Assembly: GCA_946186245.1 (NCBI GenBank)
Contig: CAMHMN010000003.1
Location: 5,733-69,732 of the forward strand
Length of the DNA stretch: 64,000 bases
From: an uncultured Clostridia bacterium
GTDB lineage: Bacteria; Bacillota; Clostridia; Oscillospirales; Acutalibacteraceae
Direction: 5' to 3'
Each line of letters starts with the position of its first letter. Positions within the stretch are counted from its first letter, which is position 1. Shown piece by piece: positions 53,687-63,295 of this stretch. The notes beneath the pieces are model-generated. The model ran no database searches. It had not been told where the DNA came from and saw nothing but the letters and a program-made list of their open reading frames with translations. A program made the translations under genes and the position numbers.

Positions 53687-54943
53687 TTACAGTCTCATGG
53701 GATCAAAATGCCGGAAAACCGGTGCGTTATTCCCTTCCAGATAGGCTGCCGCCGACCTTGCCGCGACCACGGAACAGACAGGCGCGCAGGCACCTGAAAC
53801 GGACACGGGAAGGGCAAAAAAGCAGTTTTTGAATTCCTCATGCGCCCCGATCACGGGCAGGCCGTCACGCGGCGCGGCAAAGGCATGGGAATATTTATAT
53901 TCCGGCCGGTTGATTTCGGCCCGGGGCAGCAGGGCGGCAACCTGATTCTTCAGGCGGCTGAATTCCGCCGGTTCGCTCACCTTTCCGGCGACGGCGGACA
54001 ATCCTTCCCTGTGAACGCTGTCCGCCCAGACCATTCCCCCGGGCGAAATGCAGCAGCTCACGGACCGTCTGCCGAAGGTGCGAAGGCTGCACCTTCCCGA
54101 CCAGCCGCTTTCCTCTTCCGACAGCTTCCGCACAGAGCAGCAGGCGGAATATTTCCTCGCCCCCCGGAACATGGCGCGGAATCCCTCGCTGCCGGCGGCA
54201 AAGATCAGCCGGTCGGCATAGACCGTGCGGTGGGTGGACGTGGTGATCATCACGCTGCCGCCTTTGCTTTTCGGCGTCTGAATGTCCAGCGCGCGGGTCT
54301 GTTCAAAGATTTCGGCCCCCAGCTCCTGCGCCTTCATCGCGCAGAGATGGGTGAAGGCGTAGGGATCGAATACCGCGCTTCCGTCTCTGGTGAGAATGCC
54401 GGCGCACATGTCAAACGCAAAGGCGCTTTCGGCTGTCCTGCAGGTAATCAGGGTGGTGTCGGGAAATGCCTTCCGGACGGCGAGGAATTCTCTCTCCACA
54501 AGCTCCGACAGTGTGGGATCGGCTGTGTAAAGCAGCGAATCGCGGCGTGCAAAGCCGCTGGCCAGTCCGGACTTCCTGTATGCGCCGTCAAGACCGGCGC
54601 AGAGATTCTGCAGGTCGTCCAGGGCTTCAAAGCCGATGGAATACAGGGCCAGCGCGTCATCCGTGCTCATCGTTCTGTCCAGTCCGGTAAGCGTGCGTCC
54701 GGCGTTGTATTCCGCGCAGCCCGGCATGTGTCCGGTATCCCCTAACCCCAGACCGTCCGATGTGATCAGAACCGCGCTCAGTCCCATTTCCGCCGCGAAA
54801 AGGACGCACATCGCCCCTGTCATCCCGCCTCCTGTCACACAGACGTCACAATGCCTGTCCCCGCTCAGCCACGGATACTGCCTGGGAACCTTTCCCGTGA
54901 TCGCCGGAGAATCATGCTTTACCCCGTAATGGTTGCCGTTCAT
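53687..54943 (-). CDS. FAD-dependent oxidoreductase (DAO family)
   Basis: ATG 54943 follows GGAAGGAAGG. DVCVTGGGMTGAMCV is the dinucleotide-binding motif. The track GTG 55039 start has no RBS. Confidence 0.75.
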   Translation of the reverse strand: MNGNHYGVKHDSPAITGKVPRQYPWLSGDRHCDVCVTGGGMTGAMCVLFAAEMGLSAVLITSDGLGLGDTGHMPGCAEYNAGRTLTGLDRTMSTDDALALYSIGFEALDDLQNLCAGLDGAYRKSGLASGFARRDSLLYTADPTLSELVEREFLAVRKAFPDTTLITCRTAESAFAFDMCAGILTRDGSAVFDPYAFTHLCAMKAQELGAEIFEQTRALDIQTPKSKGGSVMITTSTHRTVYADRLIFAAGSEGFRAMFRGARKYSACCSVRKLSEEESGWSGRCSLRTFGRRSVSCCISPGGMVWADSVHREGLSAVAGKVSEPAEFSRLKNQVAALLPRAEINRPEYKYSHAFAAPRDGLPVIGAHEEFKNCFFALPVSVSGACAPVCSVVAARSAAAYLEGNNAPVFRHFDPMRL

Positions 54944-55150
54944 TGCCACAGCCTTCCTTCCGTTTTCTATTCTCTGGGAGTATTGGCGCATTTCACGCGA
55001 ATATTCGCGCTGAAAACCTTCTTTATTCTCAAAAATCACTTGATAATTGACGCAAATTATGGTTAAATTAAGGGAGAGTGCTTTTTCAGCGTGCGGACTT
55101 GATCATTTCGCATTTCTCATCTCACTTTATTTCAGAAAGGGGTCTCATTT

Positions 55151-55699
55151 ATGTCACTCATCAGAAAATCGCTCGTATTGGTGCTGGCCGCTTCCATGCT
55201 GGCTCTTTCCGCTTGTCATTCCCCCAAAAAGGATCTGGTCACCTCCCCGGAGTCCTCGGCGGAATCCTCCCAGTCCTCCGGTGAGATCCAGACCGACGCA
55301 AAATTCAGCTTCACCACCACCGATATGGACGGGAATACGGTTTCCTTTGAGGATTTCGGCTCCGCCAAGGTGATACTGTTCAACATGTGGGAGCCGTGGT
55401 GCGGTCCCTGCCGCGGGGAACTGCCTGATTTGCAGAAGCTCTACGCCAAGTACAAGCCGAAGGGCCTGATGATCGTCGGAGTCTACAGCGACATAGACGG
55501 TCTGAAGGACATCGTCAGGGAAAACAAGATCAAATATCCGATGATAAAATCCTGCGCGGAATTTGAAAAATTCCAGACGGGATATGTGCCTACCACCTTC
55601 TTTACCGACGGCAAAGGAAACCTGCTTTCCGAGGAGTCCTATATCGGCTCAAAATCCTACCAAGAATGGGAAAGCGTCATTCTTTCCTATCTGAAGTAA
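55151..55699 (+). CDS. TlpA/ResA-like thiol-disulfide oxidoreductase lipoprotein
   Basis: Lipobox LALSAC, with [13 protein letters not shown] as the thioredoxin CXXC motif. Confidence 0.9.
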   Translation: MSLIRKSLVLVLAASMLALSACHSPKKDLVTSPESSAESSQSSGEIQTDAKFSFTTTDMDGNTVSFEDFGSAKVILFNMWEPWCGPCRGELPDLQKLYAKYKPKGLMIVGVYSDIDGLKDIVRENKIKYPMIKSCAEFEKFQTGYVPTTFFTDGKGNLLSEESYIGSKSYQEWESVILSYLK

Positions 55700-55842
55700 T
55701 GGACAGAAGGAAAAATGCCGTCACGGCGGCGCTGCTGGCAGCCGGCGCGGTTCTTATCGCCGCGGGAGCCGCATGGGGACAGCATCAGCAGGTGTTTGCC
55801 AAGGCAATCAGAATATGTCTGGAGTGCATCGGAATTGGATAA
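55699..55842 (+). CDS. 47-aa membrane micro-protein with C-terminal CXXC (ICLECIGIG)
   Basis: Below the ORF-track size cut-off. Hand translation gives [47 protein letters not shown]. The ATG overlaps the TlpA stop (TAATG). It has one TM helix. From memory it resembles the CD1871A-family CXXC proteins that accompany such clusters. Confidence 0.7.
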   Translation: MDRRKNAVTAALLAAGAVLIAAGAAWGQHQQVFAKAIRICLECIGIG

Positions 55843-56695
55843 CAAAAAGAGAACGCTCATTCAGGCGGCGGCGGCTTTGCTCCAGAACGGTCACCTCACC
55901 GGCTTCTTTACCGGGAGAATCTACGAAGGCGCCGGCAAGAATGTCTGTGTGCCGGGACTGAACTGCTATTCCTGTCCCGGCGCGCTGGGAGCCTGTCCCA
56001 TCGGCTCGCTGCAGAACGCCCTTTCCGCCTGGAAATTCAGGTTTCCCTGCTATGTGCTGGGCTTTATGGTGTTTTTCGGCGCGGCATTCGGCCGGCTGAT
56101 CTGCGGATTCCTCTGCCCCTTCGGCTTTTTGCAGGATCTGCTTTTCAGGATTCCTTCGCCGAAGAAGCTGCGCACCTTCCCCGGCGACAGGCATCTGCGG
56201 TATGTTAAGTACGCCGTGCTGCTGCTCATGGTGGCGGTGCTGCCCTTCGCCTTCAAATTCACCCCCTTTTACTGCAAATATCTCTGCCCGTCCGGCACGC
56301 TTTCGGGAATTCTCCTCTCGGCAGCCGACAGCCGCCTGCGGGAACTCTGGGGCTGGATCTTCACCTGGAAGGCGCTGGTGCTGACGGCGGTCGTGCTTGC
56401 GTCGGTCGTCATCTGCCGTCCCTTCTGCAAATATCTCTGCCCGCTGGGCGCCTTCTACGCCCTCTTCAACAGGGTTTCGGCGGTCAGGCTGCATGTGGAC
56501 GGTGAAAAATGCGTGGGCTGCGGCGCCTGTTCCAGGGTCTGCGACATGGCGGTCAATCCCGTGGCCTCTCCGAATCACACGGAGTGCATCCGATGCGGCA
56601 AATGCGCGGGCAGCTGTCCTCACGGGGCAATCGGCTTCACCTGCTTCTCAAAGCCTTTGGGAACCGGTCCGGACCGCCCTGCCGGGAATCCGTAA
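55835..56695 (+). CDS. NapH/MauN-like 4Fe-4S binding polytopic membrane protein
   Basis: [39 protein letters not shown] and CPLGAFY, plus two ferredoxin motifs [11 protein letters not shown] and [12 protein letters not shown]. The probable TTG 55835 start overlaps the micro-ORF end. The track ATG 55715 would read through the micro-ORF in another frame. Confidence 0.8.
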   Translation: MDNKKRTLIQAAAALLQNGHLTGFFTGRIYEGAGKNVCVPGLNCYSCPGALGACPIGSLQNALSAWKFRFPCYVLGFMVFFGAAFGRLICGFLCPFGFLQDLLFRIPSPKKLRTFPGDRHLRYVKYAVLLLMVAVLPFAFKFTPFYCKYLCPSGTLSGILLSAADSRLRELWGWIFTWKALVLTAVVLASVVICRPFCKYLCPLGAFYALFNRVSAVRLHVDGEKCVGCGACSRVCDMAVNPVASPNHTECIRCGKCAGSCPHGAIGFTCFSKPLGTGPDRPAGNP

Positions 56696-56845
56696 TGCGC
56701 GAAACAAAAAAATATCCGGTTATTAATAAAAAATCAACCAATTCACAAAATATAGGTGTATAATAATTGGATAGGGAATGTATAATCCGAATATATGACC
56801 TGATATTATGATACATGATCACCAACAGAAGGGAAGAATGACAAT

Positions 56846-57532
56846 ATGGAAACAGGAAAAATACTTATTGTGGACGACGACCAGAACATCTGTGAGCTTC
56901 TCAGGCTCTATACCGAAAAGGAGGGTTACACCGTCGCCATCGCTCACGACGGACGCAAGGCGGTGGAGTGCTTTGACCAGGAAAGCCCCGACATCATCCT
57001 GCTGGACATCATGCTCCCCGAGCAGGACGGCTTCCAGGTCTGCCGCGAAATCCGCAAGAAATCCCAGTGTCCCATCATCATGCTGACTGCCAAGGGCGAA
57101 ACCTTCGACAAGGTGCTGGGTCTGGAACTCGGCGCCGACGACTATGTGGTCAAGCCCTTTGAGCCCAAGGAAATTCTCGCCCGCATCAAGGCGGTGCTCC
57201 GCAGAAGCGGCAAGCAGGATCCCAACGAGAAGAAGGTCGTCACCTTTGACAAGCTCTCCATCAACCTCAACAATTACGAGCTGAAGGTCAACGGCGTTCA
57301 GGTGGATACCCCTCCCAAAGAGATGGAGCTGATCTATCACCTCGCCAGCAATCCCAACCGCGTTTTCTCCCGCGATCAGCTGCTCGACGAGGTCTGGGGC
57401 TTCAATTACTACGGCGACAGCCGCACGGTCGACGTTCACGTCAAGCGTCTGCGTGAAAAGCTGGAAGGCGTCAGCGATCAGTGGTCGCTCAAAACCGTCT
57501 GGGGCGTCGGCTACAAATTTGAAGTGAAATAA
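56846..57532 (+). CDS. OmpR-family response regulator
   Basis: Receiver domain (ILIVDDD, ILLDIMLP, LTAKG) plus a winged-helix C-terminus (TVWGVGYKF). Confidence 0.95.
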   Translation: METGKILIVDDDQNICELLRLYTEKEGYTVAIAHDGRKAVECFDQESPDIILLDIMLPEQDGFQVCREIRKKSQCPIIMLTAKGETFDKVLGLELGADDYVVKPFEPKEILARIKAVLRRSGKQDPNEKKVVTFDKLSINLNNYELKVNGVQVDTPPKEMELIYHLASNPNRVFSRDQLLDEVWGFNYYGDSRTVDVHVKRLREKLEGVSDQWSLKTVWGVGYKFEVK

Positions 57533-57543
57533 CACTGTCTGCT

Positions 57544-59271
57544 ATGGATATGCAGTTTGACAACGAACCGATCAAAGACGGGGAGATTCCGCCTGACCCC
57601 GCAGGAGGATACGGAAACCAGAAAGCCAACGGCGCCTTCCTGAAAAAACGCGGCTTCAGGTCGTGGCTGGCAGATATTCTCATTGAAATGAAGCACATCG
57701 CCTCGCGCTCGCTTTTCACCAAGTATCTTTTTGTCACATCGGCGGTGCTGATATGCAGCCTGATCATATTCAGTATCATCCTGTCGGCGCTGATTTCCAA
57801 CCGCTGGCGCAGCGAAAAGCAGCAGCAGCTCGCCGACAACGCCCATATCGTCGCCGACAGGATGAATGCCTATGTCATTCCCGTGCCCATGCGCACAGGC
57901 GACGACAGCATGAATCCCACCATCCAGTATGTCGTCACCGACGCCGGCAAGGAAAAGCTCCGCTCGACTCTCGGCATTCTCAGCTCCAGCTGCGGCGCGG
58001 ATATCTTCATCGTGGACGCGCAGGGAACCACTGTCATCTGCTCGGAGGAATACCTTCACGCCGACACGCCCGACAACGAGGAATTCAAGTGCCGCCATCA
58101 GAAAAAGAGCATTTCTCCGTCGATTATTTCGGCGGCGGCAAGGGTCAGGGAATACCGCATGACCGACCGGCTGGGCGGCATTTACGACCAGAGCCACTTC
58201 ATCGTGGCGGTTCCCTTTGTCGCCGGCGGCGAAGTGGAAAAGGAATACATCGCAGGATTTGTGTTTGTGGCGTCCTCCGCCTCGGCCATATCCGATTTCC
58301 GCAGCGACGTCTCCCGCATCGTGGTGGTCGCCGTGCTGATCGCCGCCATCATCTCCTTCAGCATGGTGTATATGCTGACATACAAGCAGGTCAAGCCCCT
58401 CAGGGAAATGGTCAAGGCGGCGCGGAAGTATTCCGACGGCGATTTCTCCATGCGCATCAATTTCAAAAGCGAAAACGAAGTGGGACAGCTTGCCGACGCG
58501 CTCAATGAAATGGGCGCCAAGCTCGCCGAAAGCGAGACCATCAACCGCAGCTTCATCGCCAACATCTCCCACGAGCTCAAAACGCCCATGACCAACATTT
58601 CCGGCTATGTCAACGGAATCCTGGACGGCACCATTCCGCCCGAACGGCAGGACAAGTATCTGCGCATCATTTCCGACGAAACCAAGCGCCTTGCCCGTCT
58701 GGTACGTTCCATGCTCGATCTGTCCAAGATCGACAGCGGAGCCATGCAGCTCAAAAAACAGAAATTCAATATCTCTGAAGTCATTTTCCAGGCGCTGCTC
58801 TCCTTTGAACACAGGATTGAAGAAAAGCACATCGAAATTCAGGGTTTTGACGAGCTGGATCCCATCACTGTCAACGGCGACGCCGACCTCATTCATCAGG
58901 TGCTTTACAACCTCTTTGACAACGCGGTGAAATTCACCAATGAAGGCGGTTATATCCGTGTCAAGGCCACTGTGCAGAACAAGGTGGTCACCGTCAGCAT
59001 TTCCAACAGCGGCATAGGCGTTTCCACCGAGGAACTGTCGCACATCTTCGAGCGGTTCTACAAGACCGACAAGAGCCGCAGCTTTGACCGCCAGGGCGTC
59101 GGTCTGGGACTCTATATCGTCAAGACCATCGTCACCCTTCACGGCGGAAGAATTCACGCGGAAGGCTCCGAGGGAAATTACTGCAGCATCGTCTTCACGC
59201 TGCCCGAGGCGTCGGAAGGCTCCCGCAGCGTTCCCCGCGCCAAGAACCGCGGCGAGGAAGAGCAATCCTGA
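57544..59271 (+). CDS. Sensor histidine kinase (TM-sensor-TM-HAMP-HisKA-HATPase)
   Basis: Two TM helices flank an extracytoplasmic domain of about 170 aa. H-box FIANISHELKTP, N-box DNAVKF and G-box GVGLGL. Confidence 0.92.
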   Translation: MDMQFDNEPIKDGEIPPDPAGGYGNQKANGAFLKKRGFRSWLADILIEMKHIASRSLFTKYLFVTSAVLICSLIIFSIILSALISNRWRSEKQQQLADNAHIVADRMNAYVIPVPMRTGDDSMNPTIQYVVTDAGKEKLRSTLGILSSSCGADIFIVDAQGTTVICSEEYLHADTPDNEEFKCRHQKKSISPSIISAAARVREYRMTDRLGGIYDQSHFIVAVPFVAGGEVEKEYIAGFVFVASSASAISDFRSDVSRIVVVAVLIAAIISFSMVYMLTYKQVKPLREMVKAARKYSDGDFSMRINFKSENEVGQLADALNEMGAKLAESETINRSFIANISHELKTPMTNISGYVNGILDGTIPPERQDKYLRIISDETKRLARLVRSMLDLSKIDSGAMQLKKQKFNISEVIFQALLSFEHRIEEKHIEIQGFDELDPITVNGDADLIHQVLYNLFDNAVKFTNEGGYIRVKATVQNKVVTVSISNSGIGVSTEELSHIFERFYKTDKSRSFDRQGVGLGLYIVKTIVTLHGGRIHAEGSEGNYCSIVFTLPEASEGSRSVPRAKNRGEEEQS

Positions 59272-59293
59272 CCCGTTGCACAAACCCGTTGCA
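59272..59293 (+). promoter_or_regulatory. Direct repeat CCCGTTGCA-N4-CCCGTTGCA (candidate response-regulator site)
   Basis: Read directly. It starts immediately after the kinase stop codon and 100 nt upstream of the htrA start. Confidence 0.3.
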
Positions 59294-59392
59294 ATTTTTG
59301 TCCAACTTTCATTTTTTCATCATTATTTTAACATATCCGTGAGATGGTATTTTTTTCAATCGTAAAAATTTCATTGAAAAGAGGAATGATTT

Positions 59393-60685
59393 ATGAATCA
59401 GCAGAATCAACACGACATGTACCCCACCCAGACCACCGGATACCGTTCGGCCGGCTCCGGCACAACCGGATACGGATACGCTCCCTCCGGTCAGCAGCCG
59501 CTGCAGTACTCCACGCCGGTCACCCGGAAGTCGTCCGGCGGCAAAATCGCCGCGATCGTTGTGGCAGCCGTTCTGACCATCGGCCTTCTCGGTCTCGGCG
59601 CGGCGGCGCTCTTCCGCACCGGTTTTGACTCCACGGGCAGCGGTTCGGGCACTGTTCAGAACGACGGCAGCGCCGTTACCTTCAACGAGGTGGAAACTCC
59701 CAAGACCGATACCACCGTCGGCAGCGCAGGCGATCTGCTCACTCCGGCACAGGTCGCGGCCAAGGTGCGTCCCTCCATTGTCAGCGTCGTCACAGTGGAC
59801 AACGTCAGTTACATGAGCTCCAACAGCGGCGAAGGCTCCGGCATCATTCTCCGTTCAGACGGATACATCGTCACCAATTCCCACGTCATCGGCGACAGCA
59901 GCAAGTACGACGTTTCGGTCATCACCAGCGACGGTCAGTCCTATGACGCAAAGGTCGTCGGCTACGACGTGAAGTCTGACCTCGCCGTGCTCAAAATCAA
60001 CGCGACAGGACTTCCCGAGTGCGAGCTGGGCGACAGCAGCCAGCTTGTGCTGGGCGACTATGTCATGGCCATCGGCAATCCCGGCGGCAGACAGTTCGCC
60101 GGCTCGGTCACGCTGGGCATTGTCTCCGGCGTGGACAGAATCATCGACACCGAAAACACCGAATCCACCAGCGCCATGCGCTATATCCAGACCGACGCCG
60201 CCATCAATCCCGGCAATTCCGGCGGTGCGCTGGTCAATATGTACGGCCAGGTCATCGGCATCAACACCTCCAAGATTGCCGCTTCCGGCTATGAGGGCAT
60301 GGGCTTCGCCATTCCCTCCGTCAAGGTCAAGGAAATCGTCACCGACCTCATCAACTACGGTTATGTCGAAGGCAGAGTCAAGCTCGGCATCACCTGCGTC
60401 ACCATTTCCAGTGCCTACGAGAGCCAGGGCATTCCGGCAGGTCTGCAGATTTACGACATCAACAGCGATTCCGACATGAACGGCAAGGTGCAGAAGTACG
60501 ACATCATCACCCATTGCGACGGCAAGCGCATCACCGAGCTGTCCGCACTTCAGGATATCATGGTCACTAAGAAGCCGGGCGATACCATCCGACTCACCAT
60601 CTACCGTCCCGCCACGACTACCAGCGCTTCTCAGGAATTTGAAATCGACGTCAGACTCCTCAAGGACACCGGCGCAACCGACTGA
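59393..60685 (+). CDS. htrA: HtrA/DegP-family serine protease with PDZ domain
   Basis: TM anchor, catalytic TNSHVI, DLAVLK and GNSGGALVN, with a C-terminal PDZ domain. Confidence 0.93.
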   Translation: MNQQNQHDMYPTQTTGYRSAGSGTTGYGYAPSGQQPLQYSTPVTRKSSGGKIAAIVVAAVLTIGLLGLGAAALFRTGFDSTGSGSGTVQNDGSAVTFNEVETPKTDTTVGSAGDLLTPAQVAAKVRPSIVSVVTVDNVSYMSSNSGEGSGIILRSDGYIVTNSHVIGDSSKYDVSVITSDGQSYDAKVVGYDVKSDLAVLKINATGLPECELGDSSQLVLGDYVMAIGNPGGRQFAGSVTLGIVSGVDRIIDTENTESTSAMRYIQTDAAINPGNSGGALVNMYGQVIGINTSKIAASGYEGMGFAIPSVKVKEIVTDLINYGYVEGRVKLGITCVTISSAYESQGIPAGLQIYDINSDSDMNGKVQKYDIITHCDGKRITELSALQDIMVTKKPGDTIRLTIYRPATTTSASQEFEIDVRLLKDTGATD

Positions 60686-60720
60686 TCGGTTTTCCCGCTT
60701 ATCCCGTCACTTGATCTTCC

Positions 60721-60767
60721 GGCGGCAGATCTGCTTTTACCAGCGGATTTGCCGCCTTTCTTTTTCT
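60721..60767 (+). terminator. Rho-independent terminator after htrA
   Basis: GGCGGCAGATC (60721-60731) pairs with GGATTTGCCGCC (60745-60756), followed by TTTCTTTTTCT. Confidence 0.8.
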
Positions 60768-60794
60768 GCAAATATTCATTATTTATGAATATTA

Positions 60795-60808
60795 TGCATT
60801 TATATTCA
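60795..60808. promoter_or_regulatory. ARG-box-like site (TGCAT-TTAT-ATTCA)
   Basis: Matches the TGAAT-N4-ATTCA core at 9/10. Confidence 0.35.
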
Positions 60809-60960
60809 TCCGATTCGTAAGCAGATATTGAATTATCCGGCAACTGTTTCATTCTGTGGAAGTCTTGAATGCTGATTTTTCCGCAAATATACAAAAAAAT
60901 GCCTATAATTATCCGCCTGATGACGGGAATTATCCGCAAATGCACGAAAATTGCCATTTT

Positions 60961-60974
60961 TGAATAAATATTCA
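60961..60974. promoter_or_regulatory. Perfect ARG box core (TGAAT-AAAT-ATTCA), candidate ArgR/AhrC operator of argG
   Basis: The site reads TTTTGAATAAATATTCATTTTT and abuts the -35 of the argG promoter. Confidence 0.6.
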
Positions 60975-60983
60975 TTTTTCCAC

Positions 60984-61012
60984 TTGATTTATGCAGCCGC
61001 AGGCCGTATAAT
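60984..61012 (+). promoter_or_regulatory. argG promoter
   Basis: TTGATT (60984-60989), 17 nt, TATAAT (61007-61012), about 95 nt upstream of ATG 61109. Confidence 0.55.
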
Positions 61013-61108
61013 TATTTTTGTAATTGCAAATGCCGCGCGGCTGTGATATAATACTTTTAATGGCATCTCACGCGGCGTAAATAATGAATACTGACGGAGG
61101 AACATCAC

Positions 61109-62335
61109 ATGTCTGAGATCAAAAAGGTAGTACTCGCCTATTCCGGCGGATTGGACACATCCATCATCATTCCGTGGCTGAAGGAAAATTACAACGGCTG
61201 CGAAGTCATCGCCGTTTCTGGCGACGTCGGACAGGGCACCGAGCTGGACGGCCTGGAGGAAAAGGCTATCGCCACAGGCGCAAGCAAGCTCTACATCGCC
61301 GACCTCAAGAAGGAATTCGTGGACGATTATGTCTATCCCACGCTGAAAGCCGGCGCCGTTTACGAGAACAAGTATCTTCTCGGCACCAGCTTCGCACGTC
61401 CCATCATCGCCAAGAGAATCGTCGAAATCGCTCTGGCGGAAGGCGCCGACGCCATTTGCCACGGCTGCACCGGCAAGGGCAACGACCAGGTGCGTTTCGA
61501 GCTTGCCATCAAGCGTTTTGCTCCCCAGATGAAGATCATCGCTCCCTGGAGAACCTGGGAATTCAAGAGCCGCGAACAGGAAATCGAGTACGCGGAGCAG
61601 CACAACATTCCTCTTAAAATAAACAGAGAAACCAACTATTCCAAGGACAAGAATCTCTGGCACCTTTCGCATGAAGGCCTTGATCTGGAGAATCCCTGGA
61701 ACGAGCCTATGTACGATAAGATCCTGGAAATGGGCGTTTCCCCTGAGAAGGCTCCCGACGAGGCCACCTACATCACCCTGAGCTTCGAGAAGGGCATTCC
61801 GGTGGCGCTCAACGGCGAAAAGCTCGACGGCCCGGCCATGGTCGCCGCTCTCAACGAGCTGGGCGGCAAGAACGGCATCGGCATTGCCGACATGGTGGAG
61901 AACCGTCTGGTGGGCATGAAGAGCCGCGGCGTTTATGAAACTCCCGGCGGCACCATTCTCTATCACGCACACAACAAGCTGGAGGAAATCTGCCTTGACC
62001 GCGACACCTACCACTACAAGCAGCAGGTTGCCATCCGCTTTGCCGAGCTGGTCTATTTCGGCCAGTGGTACACACCTCTCCGCGAAGCTCTTTCCGCATT
62101 CGTGGACAGCACGCAGGAGAAGGTCACAGGCGACGTCCGCCTGAAGCTCTACAAGGGCAACATTATCGACGCCGGCGTTAAATCTCCCTATTCCCTCTAC
62201 GACGAGGACATCGCGACCTTCGACGAGGACGAGGTTTACGACCAGAACGATTCGGCAGGCTTCATCAACCTTTTCGGACTGCCCATTAAGGTTCAGGCTA
62301 TGAAGGAACAGGCTGCCGCAAAACAGGATAAGTAA
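61109..62335 (+). CDS. argG: Argininosuccinate synthase
   Basis: [13 protein letters not shown], with full-length similarity to ArgG by eye ([31 protein letters not shown]). Confidence 0.97.
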   Translation: MSEIKKVVLAYSGGLDTSIIIPWLKENYNGCEVIAVSGDVGQGTELDGLEEKAIATGASKLYIADLKKEFVDDYVYPTLKAGAVYENKYLLGTSFARPIIAKRIVEIALAEGADAICHGCTGKGNDQVRFELAIKRFAPQMKIIAPWRTWEFKSREQEIEYAEQHNIPLKINRETNYSKDKNLWHLSHEGLDLENPWNEPMYDKILEMGVSPEKAPDEATYITLSFEKGIPVALNGEKLDGPAMVAALNELGGKNGIGIADMVENRLVGMKSRGVYETPGGTILYHAHNKLEEICLDRDTYHYKQQVAIRFAELVYFGQWYTPLREALSAFVDSTQEKVTGDVRLKLYKGNIIDAGVKSPYSLYDEDIATFDEDEVYDQNDSAGFINLFGLPIKVQAMKEQAAAKQDK

Positions 62336-62367
62336 TTTTAATGACCGATTTAACCATTCGGTAATTC

Positions 62368-62421
62368 ATCGCGCAGGGCAGGGAAAACAGGTCTTTTTCC
62401 GTTCTGCGCGATTTTGCATTT
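62368..62421 (+). terminator. Rho-independent terminator after argG
   Basis: ATCGCGCAG (62368-62376) pairs with CTGCGCGAT (62404-62412), followed by TTTGCATTTT. Confidence 0.7.
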
Positions 62422-62457
62422 TATCAATTATTTTTATTTCAGAAAGGATGTTTTCTC

Positions 62458-63285
62458 ATGCCGGTTATTATCAATGAAAAAAAGTCATTTGACATTCCCA
62501 AGAAGGCAATTGCGCTTGTGGTGACACTGGTTGTCGTAATCCTTGTGCTGCTCAACAGCATCACCATTGTGGACGCGGGACACACGGGCGTGATCAATAC
62601 CCTCGGTCACGTCAGCGAGAACGTGCTTCAGGAGGGAATTCACATGAAAATCCCCTTCATTCAGACCATCGTCAAGATGGACAACCGCATTGTCAAGCTG
62701 GAAGTGGAGACGGAGGCCTTCTCCAAAGATCTGCAGACGGTCACCACCAAACTCGCCATCAATTACCGCGTTTCTAAGGACAAATCCTATGCCATCTACA
62801 AGAACGTCGGCAGCGATTACGAGACCATTCTGGTCAGTCCCGCGGTCAACGAGGTGCTGAAAGCGATCACCGCCAAATACACCGCGGAGGAAAGCGTCGC
62901 CAACCGTTCGCTCATTTCACTGGGGCTCATCGAGGAGCTGAACAACAAGCTCAACAAGAACGGGATTTACGTGGAGGACGTGAATATCATCAATTTTGAT
63001 TTTTCCGAGGCGTATATTGCGGCTATTGAGGAGAAGCAGGTAGCGGAGCAGCGGCTTCTGAAAGCCAGAACCGAGAAGGAAGAGGCGATTGTGAAGGCGG
63101 AAGCCGAAGCGGAGACACTGAGGATTCAGTCGGAAGCGCAGGCGAAGGCGAACAACATTCTGAGCAAGTCGCTGAGCGAGAATCTGATCAAGTACGAGAT
63201 GATGAAGAAGTGGAACGGCGAGCTGCCGATGGTGACGGACGGAAGCACAATTATTGATTTCTCGGAATTCGCAAAGAAGAAGTAA
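62458..63285 (+). CDS. SPFH/Band-7 (prohibitin-like) membrane protein
   Basis: N-terminal TM, an SPFH core (AGHTGVINTLG...IHMKIPFIQTIVKMDNR) and a coiled-coil EA-rich C-terminal part. Confidence 0.9.
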   Translation: MPVIINEKKSFDIPKKAIALVVTLVVVILVLLNSITIVDAGHTGVINTLGHVSENVLQEGIHMKIPFIQTIVKMDNRIVKLEVETEAFSKDLQTVTTKLAINYRVSKDKSYAIYKNVGSDYETILVSPAVNEVLKAITAKYTAEESVANRSLISLGLIEELNNKLNKNGIYVEDVNIINFDFSEAYIAAIEEKQVAEQRLLKARTEKEEAIVKAEAEAETLRIQSEAQAKANNILSKSLSENLIKYEMMKKWNGELPMVTDGSTIIDFSEFAKKK

Positions 63286-63295
63286 GGAAATAAGG

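Noticed and set aside
57511-59283. 590-aa ORF antisense to the histidine kinase gene
   Set aside because: The plus frame carries unambiguous H, N and G boxes. The antisense frame is a GC-codon shadow.
60631-60975. 114-aa minus-strand ORF in the htrA-argG intergenic region
   Set aside because: It is AT-rich, crosses the htrA terminator and the ARG boxes, and has no RBS. I treat the region as regulatory DNA.
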